Shown here: positions 32,618-41,758 of the stretch, in pieces
Layout: each line of letters starts with the position of its first letter
Position numbering within the stretch: position 1 is the stretch's first letter
Assembly (NCBI RefSeq): GCF_044373035.1
Contig: NZ_JBILQU010000004.1
Location: forward strand, 2,826-66,825
DNA length: 64,000 bases
Direction of reading: 5' to 3'
Origin: Limnohabitans sp.
GTDB lineage: Bacteria; Pseudomonadota; Gammaproteobacteria; Burkholderiales; Burkholderiaceae_C
The notes under the pieces: model-generated
What the model was told of the DNA's origin: nothing
Databases searched by the model: none
Seen by the model: the letters and a program-made list of their open reading frames with translations, nothing else
Program-made: the position numbers and the translations under genes

Positions 32618-33865
32618 TCAGACCATGGGGCGTTCAAAGCGTGCGTCCTGCCATCTGCCGCTGACCAGCAATTGCCGCAACACCTGAACCGCTGACCACA
32701 GCTGTTGATGGGTCGTGGTCAACGGGTGAACGCCCCAACGCAAAGCGTCGGGTTTGCGCGAAGAAACGATGACGCCTTGCTCAACCAAGGCTTGCGCCAA
32801 TGCAGCAGCCCCATCGAACTGCAGGGCCACATGGCCGCCACGTTGGGCGTGACTTCGTGGGCTGGACAAATGCAGCGGCCAAGCGGCGCACTGTTCATCG
32901 AAGAGTTGAATCAAGGTGTCGGTCAATGACCTGTGGCGCTGGTCCAGGGCCAGCGGGTCGACCTCGCGCCACAGCTCTGCTGCTGCCGAAAATGCCGCAT
33001 TGGCCAGGACGGCGGGGGTACCCACCAAAAATCGGTCTGCTCCTGCGCCCGGCCGGTAGTCGGCATCAAAAGCGAATGTGTCGGCATGTCCCATCCATCC
33101 AGCAATGGCGGGCCAAGCGGCATCGGCCCAGCGCGGGTGGATGTACAAAAATGCCGGGGCGCCCGGTCCGCCGCACAGGTACTTGTAGCCGCATCCCACC
33201 GCCAAGTCGCTGTCGCTTTCGCGCAGGGCAACGGCCACGGCACCTGCAGAATGCGACAGGTCCCACAGGCTCATGGCACCCGCCGCGCGAATGCAGCGGT
33301 TCAAATCGGCCATGTCCAGCCGCGTGCTGCTGCGGTAATCCACATGGGACAAGGCCACCACGGCCACGTCTTGCGGCGCCAAGGCCGCGGGCAATTGAGT
33401 TGCATCGTCGATGAAACGCAGCTCGGCCAGATGTTCCCGGGCGATGGCTTCGGCCACATAGCGGTTGGAGGGAAAGACGTGGCGTTCCAGCACGATCACA
33501 CGGCGAGGGGCTGCAACGCCGAGCGCATAGCGCAACAACTTGTATTGGTTGATGCTGGTGGTGTCTGTGACCCGTACATCGTTGCTGTCCGCCCCGATCA
33601 GATGGGCCATCGAGGCGCCGAGCGTGCGGGGCTGCTCCAGCCAGTCCAGCTCGTTCCAGCTGCGTCGCCGTGCCTTAGCCCAACCGACTTGCAGCACGGT
33701 CTGCATTTTCAAGAGCGCCGTGCGCGGCATGGGCCCGATCGAGTTGGCATCGAAATACAGCGTTCCTGGGGTGCCCGGGTCAAATCGGTCCCCCACCTGG
33801 GCCAAACGGTTGTGACCGGGGTTGTGGGCATCCAGGTGCATGCAATCGGCAAGGGTCAGTGGCAA
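32618..33865 (-). CDS. Kynureninase-family PLP-dependent hydrolase (aminotransferase class V fold)
   Basis: 415 aa. ...WDLSHSAGAVAVAL...DLAVGCGYKYLCGGPGAPAFLYIH... matches the kynureninase core (GCxYKYLNxGPGAPAF). Confidence 0.8.
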   Translation of the reverse strand: MPLTLADCMHLDAHNPGHNRLAQVGDRFDPGTPGTLYFDANSIGPMPRTALLKMQTVLQVGWAKARRRSWNELDWLEQPRTLGASMAHLIGADSNDVRVTDTTSINQYKLLRYALGVAAPRRVIVLERHVFPSNRYVAEAIAREHLAELRFIDDATQLPAALAPQDVAVVALSHVDYRSSTRLDMADLNRCIRAAGAMSLWDLSHSAGAVAVALRESDSDLAVGCGYKYLCGGPGAPAFLYIHPRWADAAWPAIAGWMGHADTFAFDADYRPGAGADRFLVGTPAVLANAAFSAAAELWREVDPLALDQRHRSLTDTLIQLFDEQCAAWPLHLSSPRSHAQRGGHVALQFDGAAALAQALVEQGVIVSSRKPDALRWGVHPLTTTHQQLWSAVQVLRQLLVSGRWQDARFERPMV

Positions 33866-34052
33866 ACAAGACTCCGAATCGTGGAACAGACAAGGCCATC
33901 GTAGTCAGGCGCTGGTATTCCAGCAAGCCTTGAAAAGGTAATAATCATGTCTTTTGGTTATGGATGCTCCGATGCCTGAATCCGCAAACTCTGCAGCTGG
34001 GCCCATCACATCGGTCCATGACGGGCGGCCCCCTAAGTCGACCTCTGCCGGC

Positions 34053-34979
34053 ATGCCTGACCCGGCTGCGCTGGTGTTGCTGGCTGAGATAGCGGACGCG
34101 GGCAGTGTGACGGCTGCAGCTCGCCAACTGGGCAGTTCGCAACCGGCCGTGAGCAAACAACTGCGCCGTCTGGAAGAGTCCCTCGGGGTCACCTTGTTTG
34201 AGCGCGGCTTGCGTGGGGTACAGGCTACGGAATATGGCTTGGCCTTGCTGCCGCGCGCCCGGGCGATTCGCAGCCAAGCCCGTCAAGCCGGTGAAGATGT
34301 GCAGCAAAGACGGGGCCACAAAGAAGGACGTCTGGTGGTGGCGCTGTCCCACTTTGCCACCATGGCCTTGTTGCCTCAGGTGATTCCGGCATTTCGGCTT
34401 CGTTGGCCGGGGGTGCAATTGAACATCGTGCCGCCAAGCTTTCAGTTGGGCGGTTTGCGCGAAGGCGCGCCTGACTTTGCCGTGATGTCTTTGCCAGCTG
34501 AACAATTGGGGCCTGAGTTCGTCACCCGTGCGCTCTACGCCACCACGGTGTCCGTGGTGGTGCGTCCCGGACATGCGCTGCAAAACGCCGAAAGTTTGTC
34601 GCAGTTGGTGGGGGCTCAATGGGTATTGCCCAGCCTAGAGAGTTCGGTCGCCCGGGGTTTGGACCGTGCTTTCCAGCAGGCCGGTTTGGCCTCGCCTCAA
34701 TGCTCCGTGACCTGTCAGACCTTGACGGGCCTGGAAACGCTGGCCCGGCACAGCGATCTGGTGGCGGCCATGCCGATGGAGGTTCATGAGTCGCGCATGC
34801 AAGCCAGCGGCTTGTGCAGGGTGCCCATCCAGGAAACGATCGATGGTGCTCGGGTGGCCATCGTGCGCTGGTCGGATGCCCAGCCAACCCCCGCGGGGGA
34901 AGAGCTGGAGGAATCCTTTGTTCAGGCCGCGTATGAGTTGGCGCGTGAGCAAGCAAGAGCTCGGGGCCGTGGGGCTTAA
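34053..34979 (+). CDS. LysR-family transcriptional regulator
   Basis: ORF 33954..34979. Start placed at ATG 34053 so that the HTH (LLAEIADAGSVTAAARQLGSSQPAVSKQLRRLEESLGVTLFER) sits at the usual distance from the N-terminus. Divergent from the operon at 33865. Confidence 0.8.
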   Translation: MPDPAALVLLAEIADAGSVTAAARQLGSSQPAVSKQLRRLEESLGVTLFERGLRGVQATEYGLALLPRARAIRSQARQAGEDVQQRRGHKEGRLVVALSHFATMALLPQVIPAFRLRWPGVQLNIVPPSFQLGGLREGAPDFAVMSLPAEQLGPEFVTRALYATTVSVVVRPGHALQNAESLSQLVGAQWVLPSLESSVARGLDRAFQQAGLASPQCSVTCQTLTGLETLARHSDLVAAMPMEVHESRMQASGLCRVPIQETIDGARVAIVRWSDAQPTPAGEELEESFVQAAYELAREQARARGRGA

Positions 34980-35085
34980 AACCAGCCGATCCGGGACCCG
35001 ATGGGATGCTCGCATCGGACATGCGTCAGCTGCCCGCCAAGCCCCCGGCCCTGCCAGACCTTCGCCCCTGGGTTAAGGTCAGGGG

Positions 35086-37638
35086 ATGAACAAGCAATCT
35101 TGGATGCATGGTTTGAAGCTGGGTGCGCGCCAGTTGTGGCGTGACCTGCGGGCGGGCGAGTTGCGCCTGTTGATGGTGTCGGTGGCCTTGGCCGTGGCGG
35201 CTCTGACGGCGGTGGGTTTTCTGGCCGATCGCATGCAGTCGGGTCTGTGGCGCGATGCGCGCCAACTGCTGGGCGGCGACGCGGTGGTGGTGAGCGACCA
35301 ACGCACTCCCCTGGCCTTTGTTCAAAAGGCCCAAGTGGCGGGTTTGCAAAGCAACACCAATGTGAGTTTCCCGACCATGGCGCGTGCCATGAGCGCACCG
35401 GAAACCGCATCCCCAACAGACACGCCAGCCGCCACCCCACCCGCTACCCGCCTGGTGGCCCTCAAAGCCGTGGAGCCCGGTTACCCCTTGCGCGGTCGGC
35501 TGGAGATCGCCGGCCAAAGCGCGCCCAGCATTCCGCCTGAGGGCGAGGTGTGGGTCGATGCGGCATTGCTCGAAGCCCTGAACGTGCAGGTGGGCCAGAG
35601 GTTGGGCTTGGGCGAACGCAGCTTGCGCATTGCCGCCACCATCATCCGCGAACCCGACCGCGGAGCGGGTTTCATGGGCTTTGCGCCACGCGTGATGATG
35701 AACATGACCGACTTGGCCTCCACGGGCCTGGTGCAGCCGGCCAGCCGCGTGAGCTGGCGCATGGCCGTGGCCGGCAGCGATGCGGCCGTGGGCCAGTTTT
35801 TGCCTTGGGCACAGGCCGAGGCCGACAAGCTGGAGGTGCGCGGTGTGAAAGTCGAGTCGTTGGGCAGTGGCCGACCCGAGATGCGCCAGACCCTGGACCG
35901 TGCCTCTCAGTTTTTGAACTTGGTGGCTTTGCTGGCCGCCTTGCTGTGCGCCGTTGCGGTGGCCTTGGCGGCACGCAGCTTTGCCGAGCGGCAGCTGGAC
36001 GCCTGTGCTTTGCTTCGTGTCATGGGTCAAAGCCAGCGCACACTCACATTGAGTTATGGCCTGGAATTTCTGGGCGCGGGCCTGGTGGCCAGTGTGCTGG
36101 GGGTGCTGGCTGGGTACGGCGTGCACTTGGGTTTTGTGCAGTTGCTGGCCGGTCTGGTCGATGCCAACTTGCCCGGTGCCACATTGCAACCGGCGCTGAT
36201 GGGCCTGGCCATGGGTTTGACCCTGCTGGTGGCCTTTGGCCTGCCGCCGGTTTTGCAGTTGGCGCAGGTGCCGCCGCTGCGCGTGATCCGCCGTGATTTG
36301 GGCAGTGTGCAGGTGCGCTCGGGGCTGGTGCTGGGCATGGGCCTGCTCGGCTTTGCCTTGACTTTGCTCATGGTCAGCCGCAACCTGACACTGGGATTGA
36401 TCACGGTCGGTGGTTTTGCGCTGGCGCTCTTGGTGTTTGCTGGTCTGGCGGCGGCTGCATTGTTTTTACTGCGCCGGGTGGTGCCTGATGAATCGGCCCC
36501 GCGCTGGCTGCGCCTGGCCACGCGTCAGGTGGCGGCGCGGCCATTGTTTGCGGTGGTGCAGGTCAGTGCCTTGTCGGTGGGTTTGCTGGCGCTGGCTTTG
36601 CTGGTTTTGCTGCGCACCGACCTGATCGCCAGTTGGCGTCAGGCCACGCCGGTGAACGCGCCCGACCGTTTTGTCATCAATGTGCAACCCGACCAGGCCG
36701 ATGCCTTTTTGGCGCACCTCAAAAATGCGGGTGTTCAGGCGCCCGATTGGTTCCCCATGATCCGGGGCCGACTGGTGGCCATCAATGGCCGTGTCATTGG
36801 CCCTGATGACCTGGAAGCTGACCGGGGCAAACGCTTTCTCGACCGTGAAATCAACCTCTCGCACAGCGCGGTGTTGCCGGATCACAACCCCTTGGTGGCC
36901 GGACGCTGGCAGGCCGAAGAGGCCGACGGCGTGAGTGTGGAGGAGGGCATTGCCCAGGCGCTGGGCCTGAAGCTGGGTGACCGCCTGGGTTTTGACATTG
37001 CTGGTCAGCCCCACGAGGCCCGCGTCACCTCCTTGCGCAAGGTGGACTGGGCCTCGATGCGGGCCAATTTCTTCATGCTGTTCCCGGTCTCGCAAATGCC
37101 CGATTTGCCGATGACCTACATGGCCGCCTTCCAGTCCCCAAAAGAACTGCCAGGTTTTGAAAACGCCATGGTCAATGCTTTCCCCAACATCACCAGCGTG
37201 GACATGCGCAGCACACTGGCGCAGGTCCAGCGCGTCATGGACCAGGTGATCCGGGCCGTGGAGTTTTTGTTTGCCTTCACCTTGGCGGCAGGCCTGATGG
37301 TTTTGCTGGCCGCGGTGGGCGCGAGTCGCCAAGCGCGTGAGCGCGAATACGCCATCATGCGGGCGCTGGGCGCGGGCCGCAGTCTGCTGGCGCAGGTACA
37401 GCGCACCGAGCTGCTGGGCATTGGCTGGCTGGCCGGCTTCATGGCGAGCGCCATGGCGCTGGTGGTGGGCTGGGCCTTGGCCCGCTATGCCTTCGAGTTC
37501 GCCTGGCAGCCACCTTTGTGGGCCCCCTTGGCCGGTGGTCTGGCCGGGGCCATGTTGGCTTGGGGGGCGGGCAGCCTGAGCCTGGCCGGGGTGTTGCGTC
37601 AGCCAGTGGTGCAGACTTTGCGCCAGGCGGCGCAGTGA
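35086..37638 (+). CDS. FtsX-family ABC transporter permease, YbbP-like (two FtsX domains)
   Basis: 850 aa with repeated blocks of 4 TM helices separated by large periplasmic loops. The long antisense ORFs in the track are Arg/His/Gly-rich artefacts. Confidence 0.85.
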   Translation: MNKQSWMHGLKLGARQLWRDLRAGELRLLMVSVALAVAALTAVGFLADRMQSGLWRDARQLLGGDAVVVSDQRTPLAFVQKAQVAGLQSNTNVSFPTMARAMSAPETASPTDTPAATPPATRLVALKAVEPGYPLRGRLEIAGQSAPSIPPEGEVWVDAALLEALNVQVGQRLGLGERSLRIAATIIREPDRGAGFMGFAPRVMMNMTDLASTGLVQPASRVSWRMAVAGSDAAVGQFLPWAQAEADKLEVRGVKVESLGSGRPEMRQTLDRASQFLNLVALLAALLCAVAVALAARSFAERQLDACALLRVMGQSQRTLTLSYGLEFLGAGLVASVLGVLAGYGVHLGFVQLLAGLVDANLPGATLQPALMGLAMGLTLLVAFGLPPVLQLAQVPPLRVIRRDLGSVQVRSGLVLGMGLLGFALTLLMVSRNLTLGLITVGGFALALLVFAGLAAAALFLLRRVVPDESAPRWLRLATRQVAARPLFAVVQVSALSVGLLALALLVLLRTDLIASWRQATPVNAPDRFVINVQPDQADAFLAHLKNAGVQAPDWFPMIRGRLVAINGRVIGPDDLEADRGKRFLDREINLSHSAVLPDHNPLVAGRWQAEEADGVSVEEGIAQALGLKLGDRLGFDIAGQPHEARVTSLRKVDWASMRANFFMLFPVSQMPDLPMTYMAAFQSPKELPGFENAMVNAFPNITSVDMRSTLAQVQRVMDQVIRAVEFLFAFTLAAGLMVLLAAVGASRQAREREYAIMRALGAGRSLLAQVQRTELLGIGWLAGFMASAMALVVGWALARYAFEFAWQPPLWAPLAGGLAGAMLAWGAGSLSLAGVLRQPVVQTLRQAAQ

Positions 37639-37681
37639 CTTGCGCCAACTTGCCCCTTTGCACATTGCACCATCGAGCCCC

Positions 37682-38086
37682 ATGAACACCGAAGAAAAGC
37701 CCCCCTTGGACAGCCCGTTTGCCTGGATCGGCGGCGAAGCGGCTGTGCGCAGTTTGGTTGACCGCTTTTATGACCTGATGGACATCGAGCCAGGCTACAA
37801 GGCGTTGCGTGATGCGCACGGCAACACGTTGCAAGATGCCCGCGACAAACTGTTTTGGTTTTTGTGCGGCTGGCTGGGTGGGCCCGAGCATTACACCGAG
37901 CGCTTTGGCCATCCGCGTTTGCGCATGCGCCACATGCCGTTTTCGATTGGTGTGCTCGAGCGCGACCAGTGGCTGGCCTGCATCGACCAGGCCATGACCG
38001 AGACGGATGTTGACCCCGTGCTGCGCGAGTGGCTGAATGCCAGCTTTTTCAAGACCGGCGATTGGATGCGCAATCGGGGCGATTGA
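37682..38086 (+). CDS. glbO: Group II truncated haemoglobin (GlbO-like)
   Basis: ORF 37640..38086 trimmed to ATG 37682. ...FAWIGGEAAVRSLVDRFYDLM...LFWFLCGWLGGPEHYTERFGHPRLRMRHMPFSIG... is the trHbO signature. Confidence 0.85.
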   Translation: MNTEEKPPLDSPFAWIGGEAAVRSLVDRFYDLMDIEPGYKALRDAHGNTLQDARDKLFWFLCGWLGGPEHYTERFGHPRLRMRHMPFSIGVLERDQWLACIDQAMTETDVDPVLREWLNASFFKTGDWMRNRGD

Positions 38087-38145
38087 GCTGCACCCGATCT
38101 GCTTGTGCGCCAAGCCCGCCCATTAATGTCCAGCCAGGATTCCCC

Positions 38146-38784
38146 GTGAAAATCAACGCCTTGCAAGACCTGAAAAAAGTCCGCCAGAAGCTGGCCGAAG
38201 CCCATGCGCAAGCCCAGGCCGAGGCGGCCGCTCAGGCGCTGGCTGCGCGACAGCGTGAGGCCGAAAGCAACCTGTTTGTGCGAGCCGTGGGGGTGGTCCA
38301 GCGCTTGCCTGCGCACGGCCAAGTCAAGCTGGATGTCCCCAGCCCAGCCCCGATTGCGCACCAGCACCACATGGACAACGCGGCGGTGCTGCGCGATTGC
38401 TTGAGCGACGAGTTCGATGCCAGCACCTTGCTCGACACCGATGACGCCCTGAGTTTTCGCCGTCCGGGCATTGGCCGTGACGTGATCCACAAGTTGCGCA
38501 AAGGCGATTGGTCGATTCAGCGCGAGATCGATCTGCATGGCCTGCGTACCGACGAAGCCCGCGTGGCGCTTTCCGAGTTCATCCGACAGGCGCAACGCCA
38601 GGGCTTGCGCTGTTTGCGCGTGGTCCACGGCAAAGGATTGGGTTCGCCCGGCAAAACGCCGGTGCTCAAGTCCAAAGTGCACAGCTGGCTGGTGCAAAAA
38701 AACCAGGTCTTGGCTTTCGTTCAGGCTAAGCCCGCCGAAGGTGGAGCGGGGGCCTTGTTGGTCTTGCTCAAGCCGGGCGGCTAA
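38146..38784 (+). CDS. Smr/MutS2-C domain protein
   Basis: ORF 38029..38784 trimmed to GTG 38146 (uncertain). C-terminal EIDLHGLRTDEARVALSEFI...LRVVHGKGLGS... is an Smr domain. Confidence 0.75.
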   Translation: MKINALQDLKKVRQKLAEAHAQAQAEAAAQALAARQREAESNLFVRAVGVVQRLPAHGQVKLDVPSPAPIAHQHHMDNAAVLRDCLSDEFDASTLLDTDDALSFRRPGIGRDVIHKLRKGDWSIQREIDLHGLRTDEARVALSEFIRQAQRQGLRCLRVVHGKGLGSPGKTPVLKSKVHSWLVQKNQVLAFVQAKPAEGGAGALLVLLKPGG

Positions 38785-38793
38785 GGCCTGCCA

Positions 38794-39621
38794 TCAACCC
38801 GGCACCTGCGCCTGAGCGCATGCCACTTGAATTCGTTGACGCTGCCCGTCTTCGCCAAGGCGCATGGCGCTCAGGCAGCCGCCCCAGACGCAACCCGTGT
38901 CCAAAGCCCAGACGTCGCTGCGGTCTTGTTGGCCTAGGGTAGACCAGTGGCCGAAGGCCACCGTGATGTCGGCCGTACGCCGTCCCGGCACATCGAACCA
39001 GGGCATGAAGCCTGCTGGCGCCTGCGCGGCGCTGTCTTTGGTGGCAAATTCCATCGTGCCATCGGCAGCGCAAAAGCGCAGGCGCGTCAAGGCGTTAACG
39101 ACGACGCGCCAGCGGTCCAGGCCTTCCAAATCGTCGTGCCAAGCGGCGGGCTCGTTGCCATACAGATGGGCCAAAAAATACGGCAAATCTGGCCCGCGCA
39201 AAACGGCTTGCACTTCGTTCGCCAAGGACAAGGTTTTGTCCAGGGTCCAGCCAGGCAACACCCCCGCGTGCACCGACAAAACGTTGTGCGACCAAAGCGC
39301 CAAGTGCTGCTGGCGCAGCCAATCGATCAACTTGGAGTGGTCGGTCGCTTGCAGCAGGCCATCCAGGGTGTCCAGCCGTTTGGGACGGCTGTGGCCAAAA
39401 GCCACAGCCAAGGCATGCAAATCGTGGTTGCCCAGCACACACTGCACACTGCCTTGCAATGTCATCAAGCGGCGCAACACGTCGGCGGAATCTGGGCCCC
39501 GATTGACCAAATCACCCAGCACGATCAAGTGGTCACGGCTGGGTGAAAACGCCACGGTGTCCAGCAAGCGGCCCAGCGGGGCATCGCAGCCTTGAATATC
39601 ACCGACCCAGTAAACAGCCAT
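38794..39621 (-). CDS. apaH: Symmetrical bis(5'-nucleosyl)-tetraphosphatase ApaH
   Basis: ORF 38794..39768 trimmed to ATG 39621. MAVYWVGDIQGCDAPL...VLGDLVNRGPDS...LGNHDLH...GHW...LDTGCVWGG is collinear with E. coli ApaH. Confidence 0.9.
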   Translation of the reverse strand: MAVYWVGDIQGCDAPLGRLLDTVAFSPSRDHLIVLGDLVNRGPDSADVLRRLMTLQGSVQCVLGNHDLHALAVAFGHSRPKRLDTLDGLLQATDHSKLIDWLRQQHLALWSHNVLSVHAGVLPGWTLDKTLSLANEVQAVLRGPDLPYFLAHLYGNEPAAWHDDLEGLDRWRVVVNALTRLRFCAADGTMEFATKDSAAQAPAGFMPWFDVPGRRTADITVAFGHWSTLGQQDRSDVWALDTGCVWGGCLSAMRLGEDGQRQRIQVACAQAQVPG

Positions 39622-39883
39622 TTTGTCCTTCAATATAAAAACACGGTCTATCCACAGCGCAGACCTTTTGGGATTGTCAGCCCGATGCGCTAAAATGCCA
39701 ACCATGGTCGGTGCCAAAGATGGGGTAAGTGGCTGGGATCGGATTTCGGCGTCGTTAATCTCAGTCAAAGTTTCTGCCTAAATAATCCATTCTTGTGGGG
39801 TTATAAAAAAATCACAGTTTTTTAAAATCAAAACCCAGCTTGTTGTATATTTGGCAGCTTGTGTTTTTAATTGGAGTGCTCAC

Positions 39884-40183
39884 ATGTCACAAACTTATAA
39901 AGATTTATTGCAGCAGCGCGAAGCTTTGGAGTTGGCCATTGTCCAAGCCCGGCAAAATGAAATTTCAAGCGCCGTTGCCAAAGTTCGCGAATTGGTGGCC
40001 GAGTATGGCTTGACGGCCCAGGATATTTTCCCGGGTCGCGGCGGTAAAACGGGCGCAGTCAAGGCCGCCAGCAAAGTGGCTGCCAAGTACCGTGACGCGG
40101 CGACGGGTCAGACCTGGACCGGTCGCGGCAAAGCCCCCAAGTGGATCGAAGGCAAAGACCGCACGCCATTTGTCATTGCCTGA
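39884..40183 (+). CDS. H-NS-family nucleoid-associated protein
   Basis: ORF trimmed to ATG 39884 (GGAG 8 nt upstream). N-terminal coiled coil; C-terminal ...KYRDAATGQTWTGRGKAPKWI... is the H-NS DNA-binding motif TWxGRGxxPxW. It is preceded by a 262-bp AT-rich region. Confidence 0.85.
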   Translation: MSQTYKDLLQQREALELAIVQARQNEISSAVAKVRELVAEYGLTAQDIFPGRGGKTGAVKAASKVAAKYRDAATGQTWTGRGKAPKWIEGKDRTPFVIA

Positions 40184-40261
40184 AATGGACGGCCATTTGA
40201 ATGGCTCAAGAAAACGAGAGCCCAACAGCAGAGGTTCTCATTCCAAGAAAATGTTCACGAA

Positions 40262-40290
40262 GCCCCGCCTTGGCGGGGTTTTTACTTTTC
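40262..40290 (+). terminator. Rho-independent terminator after the H-NS-like gene
   Basis: GCCCCGCC-TTG-GCGGGG followed by TTTTTACTTTT. Confidence 0.7.
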
Positions 40291-40357
40291 GGTCGTCTGA
40301 GGCACCCCCTCAACCCGGGGATACAATTCATATTTATAAAAAATATCCCGATTTTTA

Positions 40358-40906
40358 ATGAGTGGACTTAACGATTTGCAACACGGTGACGCTGAGAATC
40401 AGGCCGTTGGCCGTTGGTATTTGGCCTATACCAAACCCAGGCAAGAGACCGTGGCGCATGCCAATCTGGTACAGCAGGGTTTTGAAGCCTACTTGCCATT
40501 GTTTAAACTATTCAAAAAAACCGAACAAGGTCCGGTGGCGCTCTTTGAGCCCATGTTTCCGCGCTACATCCTGTTTCGACCAGGCTGTCCAGGGCAAAGC
40601 ATTTCAGCCGTGCGCAGCACCAAAGGCGTGACCACCATCGTTCGATTTGGTTTTGAGCCCGCCTTGTTGCAAGACGATGTGGTGCAGCGGATTCGCCAGA
40701 TGGAGCAACTGCGCCAACAGGCCACGATCGAGGAGCTCAACCAGCTCAAGGTGGGTCAAAAAGTGCGTCTGAAGCACACCGCATTGGGTGCCATCGAAGG
40801 TTTGGTGCACAACGTGTCGAGCAAAAGGGTGGCGGTGTTGCTGGAGATTTTGGGGCGGCCCACGGTGGTGCAGGTAGATCACCACCAGGTCGAAGCCAGC
40901 CTCTGA
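40358..40906 (+). CDS. rfaH: NusG-paralogue transcription antiterminator, RfaH-like
   Basis: WYLAYTKPRQE...EPMFPRYILFR...GVTTIVRFG (NGN domain), then KVGQKVRLKHTALGAIEGLV (KOW). Collinear with E. coli RfaH. Confidence 0.8.
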   Translation: MSGLNDLQHGDAENQAVGRWYLAYTKPRQETVAHANLVQQGFEAYLPLFKLFKKTEQGPVALFEPMFPRYILFRPGCPGQSISAVRSTKGVTTIVRFGFEPALLQDDVVQRIRQMEQLRQQATIEELNQLKVGQKVRLKHTALGAIEGLVHNVSSKRVAVLLEILGRPTVVQVDHHQVEASL

Positions 40907-40925
40907 GGCCGGCCCTGCCCGAGCT

Positions 40926-41645
40926 TCACAGTGGGGCAGAGGAGCCAAAGCGACGGTCGCGCGTGGCAAACCAGGTCAGTGCCTGATGCAGGGTTTCGGG
41001 CGAAAAGTCCGGCCAAAGTTCGTCGCAGAAAAACAGTTCCGCATAAGCCGCTTGCCAAAGCAGAAAGTTGCTCACCCTTGACTCTCCGCCCGTGCGGATC
41101 AGCAAATCCACTTCTGGTGCATCGGCCGTGCTCAGGTACGGGGCCAGTGCTTCTTCGGTGAGGGTGTCCAAAAGCATGTCCGGATGCGCCCTTTGCCAAG
41201 CTTTTGTGGCCTGGAGCATGTCCCATCGGCCGCCATAATTGGCGCAAATGTTCAAGGTGATGACCTGATTGTTCGCGGTTTGGGCTTGGGCGTCGGCGAT
41301 CAGGGCTTGCAAGGCGGGAGAAAACCGGCCCGTGTCACCCAGCACCTTGAGCCGAACCCCGTTGGTGTTCATGTTTCGAATTTCCTTTTTCAGGTAAGTC
41401 GTGAACAAGCCCATGAGGCTGCTGATTTCCTCTTCGGGGCGTTTCCAGTTCTCGGTGCTGAAGGCAAACAGGCTCAGCTGGGAGATGCCGATTTCTCCGC
41501 AGGCTTTGACGATGTCGCGTACCCGCTGCGCGCCCGCTGCATGTCCCAAAGCCGCAGGGATGAAGCGTTTTTTGGCCCAACGGCGGTTGCCGTCCATGAT
41601 GATGGCAATGTGCTGTGGTAATGGGGCGGCGGGTGACAGGTGCAA
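40926..41645 (-). CDS. uppS: Isoprenyl transferase (undecaprenyl-diphosphate synthase, UppS family)
   Basis: HIAIIMDGNRRWAKKR...LFAFSTENWKRPEEE...DLLIRTGGESRVSNFLLWQAAYAELFF are cis-prenyltransferase signatures. Confidence 0.9.
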   Translation of the reverse strand: MHLSPAAPLPQHIAIIMDGNRRWAKKRFIPAALGHAAGAQRVRDIVKACGEIGISQLSLFAFSTENWKRPEEEISSLMGLFTTYLKKEIRNMNTNGVRLKVLGDTGRFSPALQALIADAQAQTANNQVITLNICANYGGRWDMLQATKAWQRAHPDMLLDTLTEEALAPYLSTADAPEVDLLIRTGGESRVSNFLLWQAAYAELFFCDELWPDFSPETLHQALTWFATRDRRFGSSAPL

Positions 41646-41758
41646 CAGGGGGGCTCACTTGAAGATAGTTCGTGATTTTAGTAGCTCCGCGGCCGGCCTA
41701 GCCTGTTGTCATACCTTGGGCGGTGTTATGGTGATCAGTCGCTTCCAAGGAGACCCCC

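Noticed and set aside
35026-37689. Long minus-strand ORFs (35026..36189 and 36466..37689) opposite the ybbP-like gene
   Set aside because: Same artefact: both are antisense to an 850-aa permease with a clear repeated TM architecture.
39622-39768. 49-aa in-frame N-terminal extension of ApaH
   Set aside because: The conserved ApaH N-terminus (MAVYWVGDIQGC, compare E. coli MATYLIGDVHGC) starts at 39621. The extension lies in AT-rich promoter-like DNA.
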